Shown here piece after piece: positions 61,420-64,000 of a stretch of 64,000 nucleotides of DNA (the stretch's first letter is position 1; each line of letters opens with the position of its first letter). The notes under the pieces were generated by a model, which had not been told where the DNA came from, did no database searches, and saw only the letters and a list, made by a program, of their open reading frames with translations. Made by a program: the position numbers and the translations under genes. Location: NCBI GenBank assembly GCA_041650615.1, contig JBAZKU010000001.1:319277-383276 (forward strand), in the 5' to 3' direction. The DNA is from Minisyncoccota bacterium. GTDB lineage: Bacteria; Patescibacteriota; Minisyncoccia; Phycocordibacterales; UBA9973.

Positions 61420-63249
61420 CTATTGAATAATTATCGCATACATTTTTTCTTTCGTTTTGGGACCAACAAGGCCGTCAACAGCTAAGCCATTGGCTTGTTG
61501 CCATATCTTTATAGCAGTAAGTGTCTTGGGACCCAAAATACCATCAATTACAAGATTGAGATTTAATTGAATATTCAAAAATCTTTGTAAATCTTTCACC
61601 ACCTCACCTCTACTGCCATTGCGAAGAGTGGCGGTACCGAAATTGTAAGTTATGGTAGTTATGACAGGATTTCCTAAACATGATTGACCAGTAGTAGTAC
61701 TAAATAAGGCACCGGTTGTACAACCAGAATAGTCAGGAACTACGACAGGTGGAATGTATGTTCCTCCTACGCTACCATTTGAACTGCAAACTGAAGTAGG
61801 AATGTTAGCACTTGCTTCATCGGTTACATTACCAAGAGCATCTTTTATCACTCCGTACCTGGTGTAACGCGTAGCGCAAGTTAAATCTGTTTCAGTCCAG
61901 GAAGGAGTAGCTTGATAGGTATAGGGTCCACCTGAAGTGGTAGCAAAGCCATAGGGAGTGGTATGCAGCCCTACCCCGGCATCGGTCCCAGTAGAAAGAG
62001 TCCAGGCAATGGAAGTTTGAGTAACACTGGAATAGGCCATGGTGGGAGGATTGGGGGTGGGAGGAGTGGAATCGGAAGGTGGCGGTGCCGTAAATATCCA
62101 TCCAGTGTTGTGTCCGCCGTCGATTGAATTTGCTCCCGCATAGAATGTGGCTCCACCAGTGGCATTTGAATAATCAATGTTTAAATAATCACTACTAATT
62201 GTTCCAGTTGGAGCGCTTAAGGTCCAACCAGCTGTATCTGTGCCATTTAAGGTAATCATACTTTCTGCAGTGCCTGTAGTGGTAAAAGAACTTACTGTTT
62301 GAGTGGTGTCATCAGTAAATTGGACAGTTACTCCGGGGTCTGCTTTGAAATCATTGAAGGTGTTAGAGCCTTGAACAATAACCGGACCGCTTCCCGCTCC
62401 GGCAAACCAAATATTGTTGTAAGTTTTCCCTAAATCTGCCCCTTCGCTGTCGGAAAAAAGGAATGTTTTAGAACTTGAAGTCGTATCGGTAAATTTAATC
62501 GTGGAAGTTTCGGAATTAATACTAACCGTTCCACCGTCCCATTCATCTATATACCAAGGAGCGCCATTAGGAGAGTTATCGTCATTTCCGGCTACCGTCC
62601 AAGTTCCGGAACCCATTGCAACTGTAGACAGAAAGGTTGTATCGGAAAAGAAATAAAAATCATTGGCTGTTACGTCATGGTCATTAGTATCAAAAGTGCC
62701 ATACCATTGAGAAAATGATTTCGCAACAACTAAATTGTCTTGAAGTGTCCAACTACCACTGCCAAATAAAGTTAATTCATTAATAGTGGCACCGGCAGTT
62801 GTTATTGTTTTACCTTCATTTACCGCTTCTAAACTTAAAGAAGTATTATTACCAAAAGTTATTCCGCTTTCTAGGGTTAAAGAACCGACGATACTTAGAC
62901 TAGTGGAAGTGCCACTATTTATTGAATAATTATGGCCGGAGCTAGCGGCAAAATCATTACAAACTGCCCCAGTGGTTAAAGTTATGATTCCTCCACTACC
63001 AAAACCGGAATTTGCATCAATAAAACAATCATCCGAATCTATCGGAAGATTTTCTGCAGCGGGAGCTCCTCCTGTTACAGTCGCCCAGTGTTCAGTAGCA
63101 TTAGACCAATCACCAGTTCCACCTACCCAGTATCTATCTGCCGCTTCTGCAGTATTTGCCCAGCCCGTAAGACTTACCCCGATTGTAAAAATAAACACCG
63201 AAAAAATTGGAATTAATTTTATAAATTTATTTAATGTTATCCCTTTCAT
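61420..63249 (-). CDS. Secreted surface protein, paralogous C-terminus (GFSTTTGQSC motif + peptidoglycan-binding domain); start set at internal Met (MKGITLNKF...) because the track ORF overlaps a tRNA
   Basis: Signal peptide IPIFSVFIFTIGVSLTGWANTAEA; C-terminal GSRGEVVKDLQRFLNIQLNLNLVIDGILGPKT PG-binding domain; Pro/Thr-rich and FN3-like middle. Confidence 0.6.
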   Translation of the reverse strand: MKGITLNKFIKLIPIFSVFIFTIGVSLTGWANTAEAADRYWVGGTGDWSNATEHWATVTGGAPAAENLPIDSDDCFIDANSGFGSGGIITLTTGAVCNDFAASSGHNYSINSGTSTSLSIVGSLTLESGITFGNNTSLSLEAVNEGKTITTAGATINELTLFGSGSWTLQDNLVVAKSFSQWYGTFDTNDHDVTANDFYFFSDTTFLSTVAMGSGTWTVAGNDDNSPNGAPWYIDEWDGGTVSINSETSTIKFTDTTSSSKTFLFSDSEGADLGKTYNNIWFAGAGSGPVIVQGSNTFNDFKADPGVTVQFTDDTTQTVSSFTTTGTAESMITLNGTDTAGWTLSAPTGTISSDYLNIDYSNATGGATFYAGANSIDGGHNTGWIFTAPPPSDSTPPTPNPPTMAYSSVTQTSIAWTLSTGTDAGVGLHTTPYGFATTSGGPYTYQATPSWTETDLTCATRYTRYGVIKDALGNVTDEASANIPTSVCSSNGSVGGTYIPPVVVPDYSGCTTGALFSTTTGQSCLGNPVITTITYNFGTATLRNGSRGEVVKDLQRFLNIQLNLNLVIDGILGPKTLTAIKIWQQANGLAVDGLVGPKTKEKMYAIIIQ

Positions 63250-63291
63250 TGCAATTATTATATCAAAAAAAATCAAATGAGTTAAATAAGG

Positions 63292-63380
63292 CGGAGCCGG
63301 GCGGATTCGAACCGCCGAGGGGTTTTGAAGCCCCTGCCTCTTTAGCAAAGAGGTACGTTAGACCGCTCTGACACGGCTCC
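63292..63380 (-). tRNA. tRNA-Ser (anticodon GCT), type II
   Basis: Minus-strand read GGAGCCG...anticodon stem CCTCT/AGAGG loop TTGCTAA, long variable arm CAGGGGCTTCAAAACCCCTC, T-arm GGCGG-TTCGAAT-CCGCC, acceptor CGGCTCC, discriminator G. D-stem pairing is not obvious by eye. Confidence 0.65.
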
Positions 63381-63496
63381 TTTTTATCTAAGTACTCTAG
63401 CATATTCTGCATATTTTTCCATGCGTTTTTTTATTTTTTCTGATATACTTTTTGCATAAATTTGGAGAGATGGATGAGATGAAAAAGTGAATTTAT

Positions 63497-63586
63497 GGAG
63501 AGATGGGTGAGTGGTTTAAACCAACAGTTTACTAAACTGTCGTCCCCTCAAAAGGACCGCGAGTTCGAATCTCGCTCTCTCCGCCA
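63497..63586 (+). tRNA. Type II (Ser-like) tRNA with apparent anticodon ACT (loop TTACTAA); CCA encoded
   Basis: GGAGAGA-TG-GGT-GAGTGGTTTAA-ACC-A-ACAGT-TTACTAA-ACTGT-variable arm(18 nt)-GCGAG-TTCGAAT-CTCGC-TCTCTCC-G-CCA; all stems Watson-Crick; architecture same as E. coli tRNA-Ser. Confidence 0.6.
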
Positions 63587-63605
63587 ATTTTTACATTTAG
63601 AAAAA

Positions 63606-63947
63606 TTATATCCGATCTGTCATAACCAGAGCCCCCCACAATCCCGAAGAATCACCGAGTTCCGCTTTTAATATTTTCGGCAGGGTTCTTATTTTCATAT
63701 CCAGTTTGCCAAAAGCATTTTTTATATCACCCATTTTAAAACTGGTATTTTCATTTAAGAGAGAACCTCCCAGAATAAGCACCTCGGGAGACCAAAATAA
63801 GATAGCGTTATATAATCCGGCCACCAATGTGGGAACCAACCGGGCAAATATTTCACTGCCTACTTTTTCCGGTTTTTCTCCGTATTTTTTTTCAATAGCT
63901 CTTCCAGAAACCAACTCCTCAAATGTTTTATTATTGATAACGTCCAA
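63606..63947 (-). CDS. ROK-family sugar kinase/regulator, C-terminal part (TTG codon at 63945-47; gene may extend upstream beyond it)
   Basis: C-terminal ROK/BadF-type ATPase segment (…ARLVPTLVAGLYNAILFWSPEVLILGGSL…GLWGALVM). Confidence 0.45.
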   Translation of the reverse strand: MDVINNKTFEELVSGRAIEKKYGEKPEKVGSEIFARLVPTLVAGLYNAILFWSPEVLILGGSLLNENTSFKMGDIKNAFGKLDMKIRTLPKILKAELGDSSGLWGALVMTDRI

Positions 63948-64000
63948 TATATGATGACCGGGTTCAAAACCGAAATTATTTTTGGTAATCTCTTCATTCA

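Noticed and set aside
63250-63348. N-terminal 33 codons of track ORF 61420..63348
   Set aside because: Overlaps tRNA-Ser(GCT) on the same strand; the internal Met followed by a textbook signal peptide is the plausible start.

Overview
This 64-kb window is visibly AT-rich and gene-dense, and nearly all genes lie on the minus strand. The gene content looks like a reduced, CPR/Patescibacteria-like genome, with several fused or trimmed housekeeping proteins. Gene order, reading the minus strand 5'->3': rpoD (3' truncated at the window start) and dnaG, then rpoC and rpoB; an orphan pseudo-receiver; trmD, a KH-domain gene and rpsP. On the plus strand follow RNase R and a D,D-carboxypeptidase–CapA fusion. 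Next come a 1.06-kb cassette flanked by 19-bp direct repeats that carries a Cas2/VapD-like gene, then a compact SMC, rnc, a NusB–Nudix fusion, rpmF, thrS (+), gyrB, pheT and pheS, and a UvrD-type helicase with a C-terminal Cas4/RecB-like Fe-S nuclease domain. After a cupin gene come two large surface proteins, tRNA-Ser(GGA) and ligA. The rest of the window holds a complete type IV pilus cluster (minor pilin, three pseudopilins, pilD, two tandem pilins, pilC, pilT, pilB, an STP-repeat protein, pilO, pilN, pilM), comFC, proB-proC-proA, an ATP-grasp protein, dsbA-like and dedA genes, a PGI/PMI-type SIS isomerase, two paralogous PG-binding surface proteins, tRNA-Ser(GCT), a Ser-like tRNA with apparent anticodon ACU, and the start of a ROK kinase. 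The most unusual signals are small palindromic elements inserted in-frame inside essential genes. (a) A GC-rich ~96-bp hairpin element sits in both pheT and ligA and shares a 40-nt identical core. (b) Three pilin/pseudopilin genes carry 33–48-bp palindromic inserts exactly inside the prepilin G-F-T cleavage motif, each flanked by a duplication of GGTTTTAC-like target sequence. (c) A conserved ~85-nt hairpin directly abuts the start codons of pilT and pilN. (d) The Cas2/VapD-like cassette lies between 19-bp direct repeats and has a perfect 32-bp palindrome in its promoter.
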